DNA of 64,000 nucleotides from an uncultured Gammaproteobacteria bacterium (GTDB lineage Bacteria; Pseudomonadota; Gammaproteobacteria; Arenicellales; JAANXG01): NCBI GenBank assembly GCA_963731035.1, contig CAVSUY010000028.1, positions 139,647 to 203,646 of the forward strand, read 5' to 3'. Shown piece by piece: positions 9,595 to 22,423 of this stretch (position 1 is its first letter; each line of letters starts with the position of its first letter). The notes under the pieces were generated by a model. It saw only the letters and a program-made list of their open reading frames with translations, ran no database searches and was not told where the DNA came from. The position numbers and the translations under genes were made by a program.

Positions 9595-11370
9595 GTGGTT
9601 ATCTTTCCTTGCAGGTTGTTGTTGAGTTTTTGCGGCGCGCTTTTAATGAGTACGGCGGTCGCGCAAACCAGTGCAATTCCATCATCCCCCCGCCTCCCCG
9701 ATAGCACCAAGCCCGGCGCATCGGAACCTCGCCCGATGCCCGGTCGACGGGACTTGTCCGATCACGAAGATGTGCTGCGCCTGCCGGGGGGCTCGACGCC
9801 CCACAAGTCCGAGAAAAGTGGTCCGCGGTTTCACATAGCCGGCATCCGCCTGCGCGGCGTTGTCGAGGACAAGCACCGCGGGATCACGCGCCAAGGGCTC
9901 GAGGCTGTGGTTGCCGCGATGCTCGGTTCGTCACAAACCACCTCGATCGGACAGCTTCGCGACATCGCCGATGCATTGACTCGCTACTACCGCTCCAAGG
10001 GCTACGTACTGGCACGTGCCTACGTGCCGCGGCAGACGGTCGACGACGGAATCGTCGCTATCAGCATCATCCCCGGCCTGCTCGGCGATGTGAAGCCGGT
10101 CGGAAACAAGCGTTACGGCGCCAACATTCTGCGCAAGCCGTTCCTCCCGCTGCTCGACAGGCCGGTTGTGCGGGACCGCATCGAAACCGCGCTGCTGGTA
10201 CTTCGCGACTATCCGGGTCTTGATTCGACCGGCGTGTTTTCCAGGGGGTCGAAGCCCGGCGCCGCCGATCTCAAGGTGGTCGTGAAAAGAGAGGATCCTC
10301 ACGAGCTTTACCTCACCGTCGACAATCACGGGTCCGAGTATCTCGGCAAGTATCGCGCCCGCGCGGACTGGATCTGGAACAATCCGCTCGGCAAGGCCGA
10401 TCAGCTCACCGTCGCCGGATTGTATACGCTGGACCCCGAAAACAGCGTATACGGGGCCCTTCACTACGGCATCCCTTGGTTTCCACGGAAGTGGCGGACG
10501 CCCGTCCTGTTCGGGATCGGCGCCACCTACAATCAGTTCGACGTGGGCCGCCGGCTTGCGGCCCTCGGCCTGCACGGCGAAACGGAACGAGCAGGCCTGT
10601 CGATGACGCGGGATTTTATCCGCAGCCGGCTGTTCGATCTCACCGGCAAGCTGTCGTTCGATCGCAAGCGCGCCCAGGTCAAGCGCAAGTCGCAGAAGTT
10701 GTCGCAGGATGATTTGAGCGTGGCTGTCGGCTCCTTGAGCGTGCGCGCCCAGGATGCGGCGATCTTTGGCCTGCCCGGCGTCTCCCGGGCGAACCTTGAT
10801 TGGTCCGTCGGGCTGCCGGGCTTTCTCGGCGCCATGCCGGCCGGTGGTGATCCTCAATCCAGCCGGGTCGGCGGCAGCGGCGACCGAAGTGGCGGGGACT
10901 TCAATAAGGTCCGGATCAGCTTTGACCGCCTTCAGCGCCTGGGCCGGGACGTTTCCGTGCTGGTACGCCTGGACGGGCAGTGGTCCAATGACTTGCTGGT
11001 CTCCCTCGAGCAATTCCCCATGGGGGGGCCGGAGAGCGTCCGGGCCTATCCGCTGTCCTCGTTTCTCACCGATTCGGGCTATCTCGGCTCTTTGGAGGTC
11101 CGGCTCGGCACGCCCTTTCTCAAAGGTGCCTGGCGGGATGTCTTCGACTTGTCGGTGTTCGCCGACTATGCCAAGGGTAGGGTGAACGACCCGCTGCCCT
11201 CGGATATCGACAAGGTCGCCATGTCGGGTGCGGGTGTGGGCTTGACGGTCAACGTGTCGGATCGGTTCCGGCTCGTCGCCACCGCGGCAAGGCCGATCGG
11301 GCAACGGCCGCCGGGTTACGAGAATGATGACTCGACGCAATACTACATGTCTCTAAGCGCGCAGTTGTGA
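9595..11370 (+). CDS. TpsB outer-membrane transporter (ShlB/FhaC/HecB family)
   Basis: 591 aa from a GTG start, with a signal peptide. A POTRA-like segment (FHIAGIRLRGV...LTRYYRSKGYVLARAYVPRQ...DGIVAISIIPG) is followed by a ShlB-type beta-barrel. Its stop overlaps the tpsA ATG as TGATG. Confidence 0.9.
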   Translation: MVIFPCRLLLSFCGALLMSTAVAQTSAIPSSPRLPDSTKPGASEPRPMPGRRDLSDHEDVLRLPGGSTPHKSEKSGPRFHIAGIRLRGVVEDKHRGITRQGLEAVVAAMLGSSQTTSIGQLRDIADALTRYYRSKGYVLARAYVPRQTVDDGIVAISIIPGLLGDVKPVGNKRYGANILRKPFLPLLDRPVVRDRIETALLVLRDYPGLDSTGVFSRGSKPGAADLKVVVKREDPHELYLTVDNHGSEYLGKYRARADWIWNNPLGKADQLTVAGLYTLDPENSVYGALHYGIPWFPRKWRTPVLFGIGATYNQFDVGRRLAALGLHGETERAGLSMTRDFIRSRLFDLTGKLSFDRKRAQVKRKSQKLSQDDLSVAVGSLSVRAQDAAIFGLPGVSRANLDWSVGLPGFLGAMPAGGDPQSSRVGGSGDRSGGDFNKVRISFDRLQRLGRDVSVLVRLDGQWSNDLLVSLEQFPMGGPESVRAYPLSSFLTDSGYLGSLEVRLGTPFLKGAWRDVFDLSVFADYAKGRVNDPLPSDIDKVAMSGAGVGLTVNVSDRFRLVATAARPIGQRPPGYENDDSTQYYMSLSAQL

Positions 11371-14300
11371 TGGACTCTCCGCGCCAGGGTGGGACTGTAA
11401 CCAGGCGGGCCGACTCGCATCGACGGTCGCGCGGGTTCGCCTTCGCGCTGGGCTTCCTGCTGGCCTGCTCGCTCGGGCCGGCCTGTGCCGCGCCGCAAGG
11501 CGGCAGGGTGGTAGCCGGGAAAGGCGGCATCGAGAGACCGAACGATCGGACCCTCATCGTTCACCAGAACTCCGAGTCGCTGGTCGCCGACTGGAAAAGC
11601 TTCAACATCGCGCCGGGAGAGCAGGTTCGCTTCGACCAGCCGGACGCGCAGTCCGCTGCCCTGAATCGCATCCTCGACCAGAATCCCAGCCGGATACTCG
11701 GCTCCCTGAATGCGAATGGTCGGATCTTTCTGTCTAATCCTAATGGTTTGGTATTCGGCAAATCGGCGACAGTCAACGTCTCCAGCCTGGTCGCCACGAC
11801 GCTGTCGATCGACAATCGAAGCTTCATGTCCGGGCACTATCGTTTCGACTATGGTGGTCCGGGCGCCATTGACAACAAAGGCGTGCTCACCGCGGTGGAT
11901 GGTGGAAGCATTTCACTGATCGGTGACTCGGTGAGCAACGAGGGCCTGATCATCGCCAGGCTCGGCAGGGTCAATCTCGCTTCCGGCGGCTCGGCGACCA
12001 TCGATTTCTATGGGGACAATCTCGTGCATTTCGAGGTCGGCGACGGCGGGCCCGCGAGTGCGCTGAGGCGCGCGACGAACAGCGGGCGTATCCAAGCCGA
12101 CGGCGGCCGGGTCTTGATGACGGCCGCGGCCGCCAACGCCCTCGTCACCAGCGTCGTCAACAACGACGGCATGATTCGCGCCAACAGCGTCGTCAAGCAC
12201 GATGGCCGGATCGAGCTGGTTGGCGACGGCCAGGTCGTCAATGGCGGCGTGCTGGATGTCAGCGGCCGCAGCGCCGGCACCACCGGTGGCGAGGTCGACG
12301 TGACCGGCCGCGATATTCTCATCCGAACCGGCAGCCGAACCGACGCCTCCGGCGCCGATGGCGGTGGCGCCATTCACATCGGCGGCAGCTATCGCGGCCA
12401 AGGCCCTCTGAAAAACGCGCAGGACACGACCGTCGAGTCCGACAGCGTCGTGCGTGCCGATGCCTTGGAGCATGGGGACGGTGGACAGGTGGTCATTTGG
12501 TCGAAGGATTCGACGCGCATCGACGGCCGGATCAGTGCCCGCGGCGGCAGTCACGGCGGTAACGGCGGGTCGGTCGAGACCTCGAGCGGAAAGGTCCTTG
12601 ACTTCACCGTGCCCGTCGACGTCAGCGCGCCGGCCGGGGAGGCCGGCACTTGGCTGCTCGATCCCGAGGACATCGTCATCGACGGCGGCAAGGCGGGCTC
12701 GATCGAGAGTGCCTTGAACGACGGCAGCAACGTGTCGATCCAGACTTCTTCCGATGGCGAGGGCGACGGCAACATCACCGTCGCCTCGTCGATCGACAAG
12801 ACGGCAGGCGGCGACGCCTCCCTGACCCTCGATGCTTACAACCGGATTGACGTGAATGCACCGATCACGTCGACGTCGGGCAAGCTCGACGTCGCCCTGC
12901 TCGCCGGCAGCGACATCAACGTCAACAGCGCCATCGACACCAATTCCGGCAACTTCAGCGCCACGATAACCGGCCTGTCCAGCGATGCATCTTCCAGTGA
13001 CACATCGACCGGCGGCGGTTCAACGGGCGACGTATCGTCCACTGACACCGCGACCAGCGGGACATCGTCCGCCGATGGCTCTCAAGACGTATCGTCGACG
13101 GATACATCTTCCGAAAGCGCGACTTCAACCGACGCCGCGACGTCGAGCGATACCTCGGCGGGTGACGCGTCGACCATTCCCAATACGACCGTTGCCGACG
13201 GCAGCGGGACCAGCGATGCGAGCGTGGACGGAACCACGCAAGGCTCTGGCGAGCTGCTGTCCGGAGGTCAGGCCGACTCCGGCAGTTCGGACGCAGCTGT
13301 CACCGATGCTTCGAGCTCCGGATCCGCCGATACGACTTCAAACGACACCGCTTCGTCCAATGTTTCCCGGGACGGCACAATGTCCACGGACGGGGTCGAT
13401 GCCACTGTGGAGGTGGTCGATGGCGCGACCGCCTCGACGACTGACAGCGGCGGGGATGCCACGGGTATTGGCATCACCGGCTCGGTGACGGGCAAGGGTG
13501 CGGATATTCTTCTGGATGCGAAGGACGAAGCGACGCGTGTAAGCGGCATGCTGGACGCTTCCAATGATTCCGGCCAGGGCGGCACGATACGGCTGCTGGG
13601 CGGCGATGTGAGCCTGGAAGGCGCGATGGTGGATGCCAGCGGGTCCGATGGCGGGGGGCAGGTGCTGATCGGCACCGATGCCCAGGGGCAGCCTTCGTCG
13701 AGCACCGGCACCCGCGTCGATATCGACCAGCAAACCAGCATACGCGCCGACGGCGGCGCTACCGGCAACGGGGGCAGGATCTCGGTGTGGTCCCGCGAGT
13801 CCACCATCGATCGTGGCGCCATCGCGGCTCGCGGCGGCAGTGACGCCGGCGACGGTGGCTCCGTGGAGGTCAGCTCATCGGGGCAGGTGACGCTGGGCGG
13901 CAGTTTCGACGTCGCGGCGCCCCATGGAAGCAACGGCTCCGTGCTCATTGATCCGGCGGAGCTTCATATCAATGTTGACCAGATTTCTCCAGGCGCGAAT
14001 ATAACGCTGGCGGCGGACAATCTCGTCGAGATTGCATCGGGCGTCGTGGTGTCCACGCGTGATATCGGCAGTGGGACCGACCAGGTCCATGACGTCTCGG
14101 TCGGGGATTCGGGGAGTCTGACCGTACAGAGCACGCAGATAGACATCCGCTCGGGCGCGAAGCTGCTCACGTTCGCCGACAGTGGCTACGCCTCGGGCGA
14201 CATCCTGCTGCAGACCCAGGCCGCCAATGATCCGTCTGCAACCACCGCCGACGGCGTCGCCGCGTCGAGCTCCCGAATACGAATAAACAGCGCGCTGGTT

Positions 14301-17300
14301 CATGGCGGGAAGGTTGACATCACTTCGACCGCCCAGACGGTGGTCAACTACGACGACGCGACCACCTACAGTTCAGGTGGTCGCTATGCCGACGTCACCA
14401 ATCGTCTCGGTGCGCGCCTCGGGCAGAGCTTCGGCACCAAGAAGGTCTATGGCGGCGTGAGTGTCGCGCACGCCTCGTCGACCATCAACATCAAGCACGC
14501 CGATATCACCGCAGACGGTGCCTTGTCCGTGCTGGCGGACGCCAATGCCAGCGCGACAGTCCAGACCAAGAGCAATGCCTTGTCGCTTGCCTACGGCGAG
14601 ACGTCCGCCAATGCGTCGATCAACGTGCACAAAAGCTCGAGCTTGTCGGCCGGCGACGGAATCACGCTGCACGCCACCACCGTGAATGCCACCACCGTCG
14701 CCACCAACGCGCGCAAGACCCAGGTCCGGCGTCCGTCCAGCAGCTCCACCGGCGGCGCCCTGGTGACCCTGGCGGTATCCGACACCAACGCGAGCTCGAG
14801 TGCCACGGTCGACAACTCCAGCAGCATCGATGCCGGCGGCGCCGCCGCAATACAGGCGGACTCCGACAAAGCCGTCGCCACCTTCAGTGCAGCCAACGCC
14901 TTCCGCAACGGCACCCTGGGGCAATCCACGGCCTTGTCGTTCTCCGACATCCACACCAACGCGCGCGTGGACGGCAGGATTCACGCCGACTCCCTGGACG
15001 TCACCGCGACGACCCATGCGCTCGCGAGTCACACTGGGGCGCTGGCCGGTTTCAAGGGGACCGCCTCGAGCAAACAGAAGTACCAAAACGTCTCGGGCCA
15101 GCTCAACGCCTTTTTCGTCGACCAGACCCTGCAGCATGCCCTCGGTATGTCGCTCAGCTCGACGCTGCCGGCGGCGAGCTCACTGTTCAGCTCGGCCTAC
15201 GGCAATTTGAGCAGTGCGTTCCAGAACCAGTTCGGCGCCTCGCTTCCTTCCGGTTCCAACCTCACCAGCCAGGTCGTCAACCCGGTCACCGGCCAGATCC
15301 AGAATCGCCTGTATCGGGCGCTGATCTTCGAGCTGCCGGGCTCGGAGGTCTTCACCGACCACGGCAACGACACCAACGCGGTGATCGGCAGCCCGGCGGT
15401 GGTCAAGGTCGATCACGATATCAACGTCAAGGCCACGATACTCGACGAGCACCTGCAGAACTTCTCGCACAGCGATGTGCAGCTCAACCGCAGCGGCACC
15501 ACCCGGCCGTCGCAGAGCGCCCTGACCAGCGTCGCGGTGATGGCCACGATCCACGACAACAGCGCCAATGCCTTGATCGAAAGCGGCGCGGTCGTCGACG
15601 CGGGCGGCGCTCTCGCAATTGACGCGAACACCGATGTGCCCAACGACGGCTTCAACTGGCCGGACACCTCGGCCGTCGACAATGCCGTGGCCAAGCTGGG
15701 TGCCATCAATACGTCGTTGACTGATTTGTCGAGCACCGGCTCCCAGCTCGGCGGCATTTTCGACGACTTCAAGGACGATCTGCGCGACGAAGGCGACGTC
15801 CTCGCGGGCCTGGTCACCACCTCGGCAAAGGCGCGTGCCGGGACGAGCTCCCGCAAGTTCCCGGCGGATTATCAGATCGGCATCGCGGGCTCGGCCAACC
15901 TGCTCAGTATCGATAACAGCGCGCTGGCGCGCATCGAGGACGGCGCGGCCATCAATCAGGATCCGAACTACCGCGGCGCCGGCCAGGACGTGACCGTCAC
16001 GGCGCATGCCTCCATCGATACCGTGAACCTGAGCGGCAATATCGGGGTGATACCGCCGCCGTCGGGCACCGGAACGAGCGGCGGCACCGACTCCCACAAG
16101 GGCGATTTCCTGGGTGTCGACAAGTCCAGCCGCGATACCACGGGCGCCGGCAGCAGCTACCTGGGTCTGCGATTCGCCAACAATGCCATCGCCGAGATCG
16201 GCGACGCCGTCGCGCTGCATGCCGATGCGCTGTCCGTGCACGGCACCACCGAGATGAGCAACGTGTCCGCGTCGGTGGCCAGCGGCACCGGCGAGCGCTA
16301 CGGCCTGAAGGGGTCGTACGCCGGCACGGATGCGCAAGGTGACACCCAGGCCAAGATCGATGACGGCGCGAGCGTCGACGCGTCCAGCGTAGATCTGAAT
16401 GCAAGCAGCGGCACGCCGCGAAACTTCAACGTGGCGGTGGGCGAGATCAACGACCGCTCCACCAAGACCTCGGGCGGCACGCGTCCCGACGACCGGTGGG
16501 CGGCGGCCGTCGTCGACAATCATCTTCAGCGCAATGTGCAGGCGTTCATCGGCAACCGGACCGGCGAGCCGGCAGGCGCCGGAAACGTGAATGCCGGCAT
16601 CATCACGCTCAACGCAGGCAACACCGGAAGCATCGAGGGCTATTCGCTGGCGGTCGACCGCACCTCGGGCTCGGGCAGCTCTGGAAGCCGCACGGCGCAG
16701 CAGATGAATTACAACGGGCGGCGTGGCATCCGCGGCGGCCGGGGCACGCACTTCGGCATCCGCGCGTCCATAGACGTCTCCCGCAACCGCATCGAGGACG
16801 CGACCCGCGCCTACATCGACGGCGGGGCGACCATCACCGCGAGCGGCCCGCTGACGCTCACCAGCCGGAGCTCGGACAGCATATCCGCCTTCGCCGGTGC
16901 GGCGACGCTGATGAGCGACTCCTCGGGCACGAACTCGCAGCGCGGCATCGCCGGCGCCTATTCGGAGAACACCATCGGCGAGGCCACCCAGGCATTCCTG
17001 GCGCAGGTGCCGTACGTCACTGCATCGTCGATCCTGCTCGACGCCGCTTCGACGCCGACCATCAGCGGCATCGCGGCGGGCGGCGCCAAATCCAACCAGA
17101 CGGATGCGATCGTGGGCTCGGTGGTCAACAACAGCATCGACAACGCGCCCGACATCAACGGGACGCGCCCCGCGAGCAGCCCCTACGGCGCGCGTGCTTA
17201 CGTACGCGACACCACCGTGCAATCGACCGGCAACGTCACCTTGACGGCGACGGACAGCCCCACGATCGACGCCATCGCCGGCGCCCTCGCCAAGTCGAAT

Positions 17301-20300
17301 GCCGGCGGCTACGGCGGTGCGTTCGCGTTGAACGCGGTAGGCGGAGACGCAGAGGCGACCATCGACAACAGCGCGGTCAACCCGCTGGGCATCCTGTCGC
17401 TGGACGCCGCCAATGACGCCGGCATCGATGCCACCGCCGGTGCGCTCGGCAAGGGTGAGAACGACGCTTTCGCGGGCGCCCTGAGTTGGAACGATATCGC
17501 CAACACGACCCTGGCGAACATCGTCGACGGCAAAGCGAGCGGGCTGTCGGTTACCGCGGATGCGATTTCGATTCAGGCGACCGACCTCGCCGGGATCGAC
17601 ACCTTCGCCGGCGCCCTCGGCAATTCCAAGAACCGCGCCATCGGCGCGGCCGCCAGCGTCAACCGCATGGCCGACGAAACGCTCGCTGGGATCGACAACG
17701 CGCTGGTCTCGGCGCCGGTGGTGACTGTGCACGCGGATACCGGCACGTCCGCCGACCAGAATACGATCAACACCCGTGTCGTCGGCTTGAGCAGCAGCGG
17801 AGGAGACACGATCGCGGTGGCCGTCGCGGTCAACGACATCGGCAACCAGACCAAGGCGTATGTCACGGGCGGGGCTGAAATCCGGGACGGCGCCTCGATA
17901 CCTGTCAATCAGCTCGACATCGCGGCCAAGACGGACAGCGCCATCGACCTGCTGTCCGTCAGCCTGAGCAATTCCAACTCCTCGAGCAGCGGTACCACGA
18001 GCCGCGTCAACAGCAATCCCGGCCAGTACCTGATTCCCGGCTCCAATACCGCGTTCGGCATCGACATCTCCGCCGACATCGCCTTCAACACGATCAGCGA
18101 CGATACCCTGGCTTACGTCGACCGGGGCAGCGTCGTGGACATCACCGGTCCCGTCTCGCTGACGGCCCATGCCAACTCCGACATCGAGACCACCACCGGC
18201 GCGATTCAGCGCACGACGCGCAACACGGGCACCTCGGGCGACGTGTTCGGCGTGGCCGGCGTGCTCAGCAAGAACGAGCTCGGGGGCGAGACGGCGGCCT
18301 ACATCGACAACGCCGATGTTTCCACGGGCGGCGCGCTCGATATCGCGGCCAGCCGCGGCGGCAGCGTCCAGGCGATCGCGGCGGGTTGGAAGTCCGGAAG
18401 TAAAGTGGGTTTGGCGGGCGCGGTAACCTATAACGACGTGCATACCGTCACGCGCGCGGGCCTCTACGACAGCGCGAATGTGCACTCGGGCGGGGCCGCG
18501 CGCGTCACCGCCAACGATGCCGTGGACCTGTTCTCCCTCGCCGGCGGCCTGATGCTCGACGGCCAGCAGGGCGGGGTGGGCGCCGGCATCGCCATCAACG
18601 ATATCGCCCGCACCACGAGCGCGCTGGTCGACGACACGGCGCTGACCGGCAGCGGGCTGACATTGATCGCGAGCGCCGGCGGGGAGGTCAACGCCTGGGC
18701 AATTTCCCTCGAGAAGGCCCCGATCGGGCTCGCCGGCAGCCTGACCTACAACCGCTTCAACGACCGGACGCAGGCCGGCGTAAGCAATGGCCGGAGCGAC
18801 GGCCGGCACGTCACCGAGCACGGCATCGTCAGCGTCAATGCATTGGATGACGTCAACGCGTTCTCGCTCGCCGGTGCCGGCGCCATCGCCAAGGCCCAGG
18901 GGCGCTCCGGGGCGCCGTTCACGGCGGCGGTTGGTGTGGCGGTGGCCTACAACGAGGTCGGCGACGGCAACCTCACCACCGCCGCGATCACAGACGCCGT
19001 CCTGTCGACCGATCCGGCTCCCGCGTCCGGTGAGTCCATTGCGCTCTGGGCGAACCGCGACGGCACCTTCGAGGCCGACGCGATATCCGGCGCGGTGAGC
19101 GGCGACCTGTCCATCGCCGGTTCCGGTGTCATCAACAACCTCGCCGGCACGACCGAGGCCCTGATCGACAACGCCGTGGTGCTCGCCGGCGGCAGCTTGT
19201 CCGTCAAGGCGGACAGCTTGCTCGACGTCGTCAGCCACGCGCCCGCCGTGAGCCTGCAGTCGAAGGAATTCGGGTTCGGCGGCGCCGCCACCGTCGATCT
19301 GCTCGACAGCGCGACCCTTGCGCGCATCATCGACAGCACGGGCGCAGCGGATGGTGCGACCACGGTAGACGCCCTCGGCGGAGGCGCGCCGGTGTATACG
19401 TATACCGGTGAGCTCGATGGCAGCGGCAACCGCTTGACCGCGCCGGTCAACGGTCTTGCCGTGGTGTCGTCCGCTTCCACCCGGATCGAAAACCTCGCCG
19501 CCACCCTGTCCAACAGCCGCAATCTCGCGCTCGGCGCGGCGGTATCGGTGAACCTGGTCAACGACGCTTCCTCGGCGAAGATCGGAACCGGCGCCGAGGT
19601 GAACCAGTCTGCCGGCACCCCCGCGGCCGGGCAGGCGGTGGTGGTGCGAGCCGCCAATCATACCTCGATTGACAGCACTGACGGCGGCCTCGCCAGCGCC
19701 CAGACCGGCGCGGCGGTCGGCGCCGCCGTCGACGTGAGCCTGTTCAACAAGACGACGTCGGCCCTCGTCGACCACGCGCGGGTGGACGCGCAAAACCAGG
19801 TCGTCGTCGATGCGCGCTCCAGCGAAGCCCTCACGGTCGTTGCCATCGGTGGGGCGCTGACGGACGCGCCGGTAGGTATCGCCGGGTCGCTGTCCGTCGC
19901 CGAGTTCGACAGCAATACTACCTCGGGCATATCGGGCGGCCGTGTCACGACCCCCGGGGACCTCGGCGTTTACGCGACGGACAGCTTGTCGCCCGACTTG
20001 ACCGTGGGCGGAGTGCAAGTCGGCGACGGCCTGCTCGGCGTCGCCGGCTCCCTGGTGTACGTGCGCACGGCGGGGCTCACCGACGCGACCATTGGCGGCG
20101 GCGCGCAAACCGATGCGGGCGGCTTGACGGCCGTCGACGCCCGCACGGTCCAGAATGTAAAAACCACGGCACTCGCGGGCAAGGCCGGCGGGGATATCGC
20201 GATCGTTGGCGCGGTAGCGGTGAAAGTCCTGGACGCATCGACCCTGGCCGGCATCGGTCAAGGCGCGTATGTCAATCAGGACCCAACCCTGACCAGCGCG

Positions 20301-22415
20301 TCGCAGGATGTCGGAGTCGAGTCCGCCAGCGATCTGTACGTGAACGGGCTGGCCACGGGCGTCGAGATCGGGGGTGAGATCGGAGTTGGCGGCGCCCTGG
20401 ACGTGAATCTCGTCAACGACAACGCCGCGGCCAACATCGAGGACGCCGCCGCCGACGTGCTGGTCAGCGCCGGGCGCGACATCACCGTCTCGGCGGATTC
20501 GCACAAGGACATCGGCTCGGTCGCGGTGGCGGGCAGCGCCGGCGGCGGGGTCAGCGTGGCCGGGGCGGTGGCGATCACCTCGATCTCGAGCACGGTGAAC
20601 CAGGACATGGCGGACGCCATCACCGAGCTCAACGCGCTGGGCAGCGGCTCCGGCAGCCCGCTTGCCGGTCCCTCGGTCCCCGGCACGCCGACCGTCAACA
20701 ACCGCACGAGCAACGCCGTCAACGGCATTCAGCCGGTCGGCACCGCGCTGCAGGCAGGCGCTCCATTGCCACCGTCTGGCACGTCGGCGCGCGTGGGCGT
20801 GCACGCACGTCTCGACGCCGGCCGGGACATCCGGGTGGGCGCCTCGCTCGGCTCCGACAATGACCTGGTGGCTGGGGATATCTCGCTCGTCAACGATGCG
20901 TCGATCGGGGCGGGTGTGTCGTTTCTGTATTCAAGAGACACCACCGACGCCGTGATCAGCGGCGCCCCGCAGGTGGATGCGGGAGGAAGCGTTTATGTCA
21001 ACGCCCTGGAGCAGGCGGTCAATAGCAGGTCCACGGCCCCCTTGGACAACGCACACAGCAGCGTGGCGGCCTTTTCCGGCAGCGTGGGATCCAATGGATT
21101 CGGCGGCGGTGTCGTGTACATCGACAAGGCCGATACGACTCGAGCCCATATCGAGGACATGAGTGCGCCGGTCAACGCCTTCGGCGGCAGCATCGACGTC
21201 ACGGCCGACAACCAGGGCGCGATCGATGCCACTGCCGCGGGTGTCGCCATCGAGGGCGGTCAGGCGGCGGGTGGGGTCATCATTGCCGATCTCGGGAACG
21301 TCACCGAGGCTTTCGCGGTGCGCTCCACCTTGAGGGCCGATGACAACCTGCTCCTTCAGGCCAATGAGGACAACGAGATCTCCGTCGTGGACGGCAACTT
21401 CAATTTGCCGAGCGGCGTGGCGGTCGGAGGTGCCGTGAGCACCCTGATCAGCGAAAATCAGACCTCGGCCTACCTCGACGATCATGTCGACGCCTGGGCC
21501 GGCGCCAACGGCCCCGCCATCACCATCGACAACGGCCACACCGACGACAGCGGAGCTTCCCCGGTGCCGGTCACGGAGCAGGTGAAGGGCGTTGCCGTCG
21601 TGGCGTCCTCGTCGAACCATCTGAGCACCATCGTGGCGAGCGGCACGCTGGGCGGCACGCTTGGTGCGGCCGCGGCGGTCTCCGCGGATTTCGTCGACGA
21701 TGCCGTCAACGCCTATATCGGCAGCACCGGCCTGGGCGGCGTGCTGGTCAACGGTCCGATGCCGGGAGCCGGCATTGGCGCGGATCGCCAGGTGCGGGTG
21801 GTCGCGGCCAATCGCACTGACATCGCCACCTTCGGCGGCTCGGGCTCGCTCGGAAGCGAGGTCGGCGTGGGCGGCGTCATCAGCCTCGTTTCCTACGCCA
21901 AGCAGACCCGGGCGCGCATAGAGAACGCCAGTTCCGTGTTCGCCGAGAGCCAGGTCGCGGCCGATGCGTACTCCTTCGAAAACGAGTTTTCGGTGCTGGT
22001 CGGCGGGGATTTGAACGAGGGAATCGGGCTCGCGGGCTCCGCCTCGATCATTACCGCGCACAACCTGACCTCGGCCTGGATCAACGACGCCACCGTGCTC
22101 ACGCCCGGTGACTCGCGCGTCCATGCCCAGGACGATGCCGGGTACAGGGACATCGCCGGCGGCTTCGCGCTGTCCGGCGAGTTGGGCGTCGGGGCGGGTC
22201 TCGTACTGTACGAGCTGGCAAATGAGACCCGCGCCTATATAGACGGCGTCGACGGCACTGGCCGCCAGGTCGACGCGGGTGGACTGCTCGACGTCAGCGC
22301 CCGCTCCTCGAATGATATCCGGGACCTCGCCCTGGCGGGCGGGCTGTCGGGGACGGTCGGCCTGGCGGGGGGCTTCTCGATCAGCAACGTCGAGCCCGTG
22401 ACGGAGGCCTACTGG
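11370..22415 (+). CDS. TpsA, uninterrupted N-terminal reading frame (about 3,680 codons)
   Basis: This is ORF 11367..22637. Plausible sequence ends near ...GGFSISNVEPVTEAY at about 22412. After that the frame turns Arg/Pro-rich, while the adjacent frame continues the family pattern (APGVQVDNDPGFASSGQDVRIAAND). Confidence 0.9.
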
Positions 22416-22423
22416 CACCCGGC

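Noticed and set aside
15180-20804. Very long minus-strand ORF (1874 aa), plus many other long antisense ORFs: 9931..11340, 20931..22484, 35459..37738, 44287..45780, 48299..49768, 51018..52688, 56744..58522, 58165..59817 and 7316..8524.
   Set aside because: Their translations are Arg/Ala/Gly/Pro-rich with no recognisable motifs. They lie exactly opposite strongly supported genes (tpsA, tpsB, ada/alkA, groEL, dsbD, accC, purH, purD, MCD). Stop-free antisense frames of this kind are the expected artefact of high-GC coding DNA.
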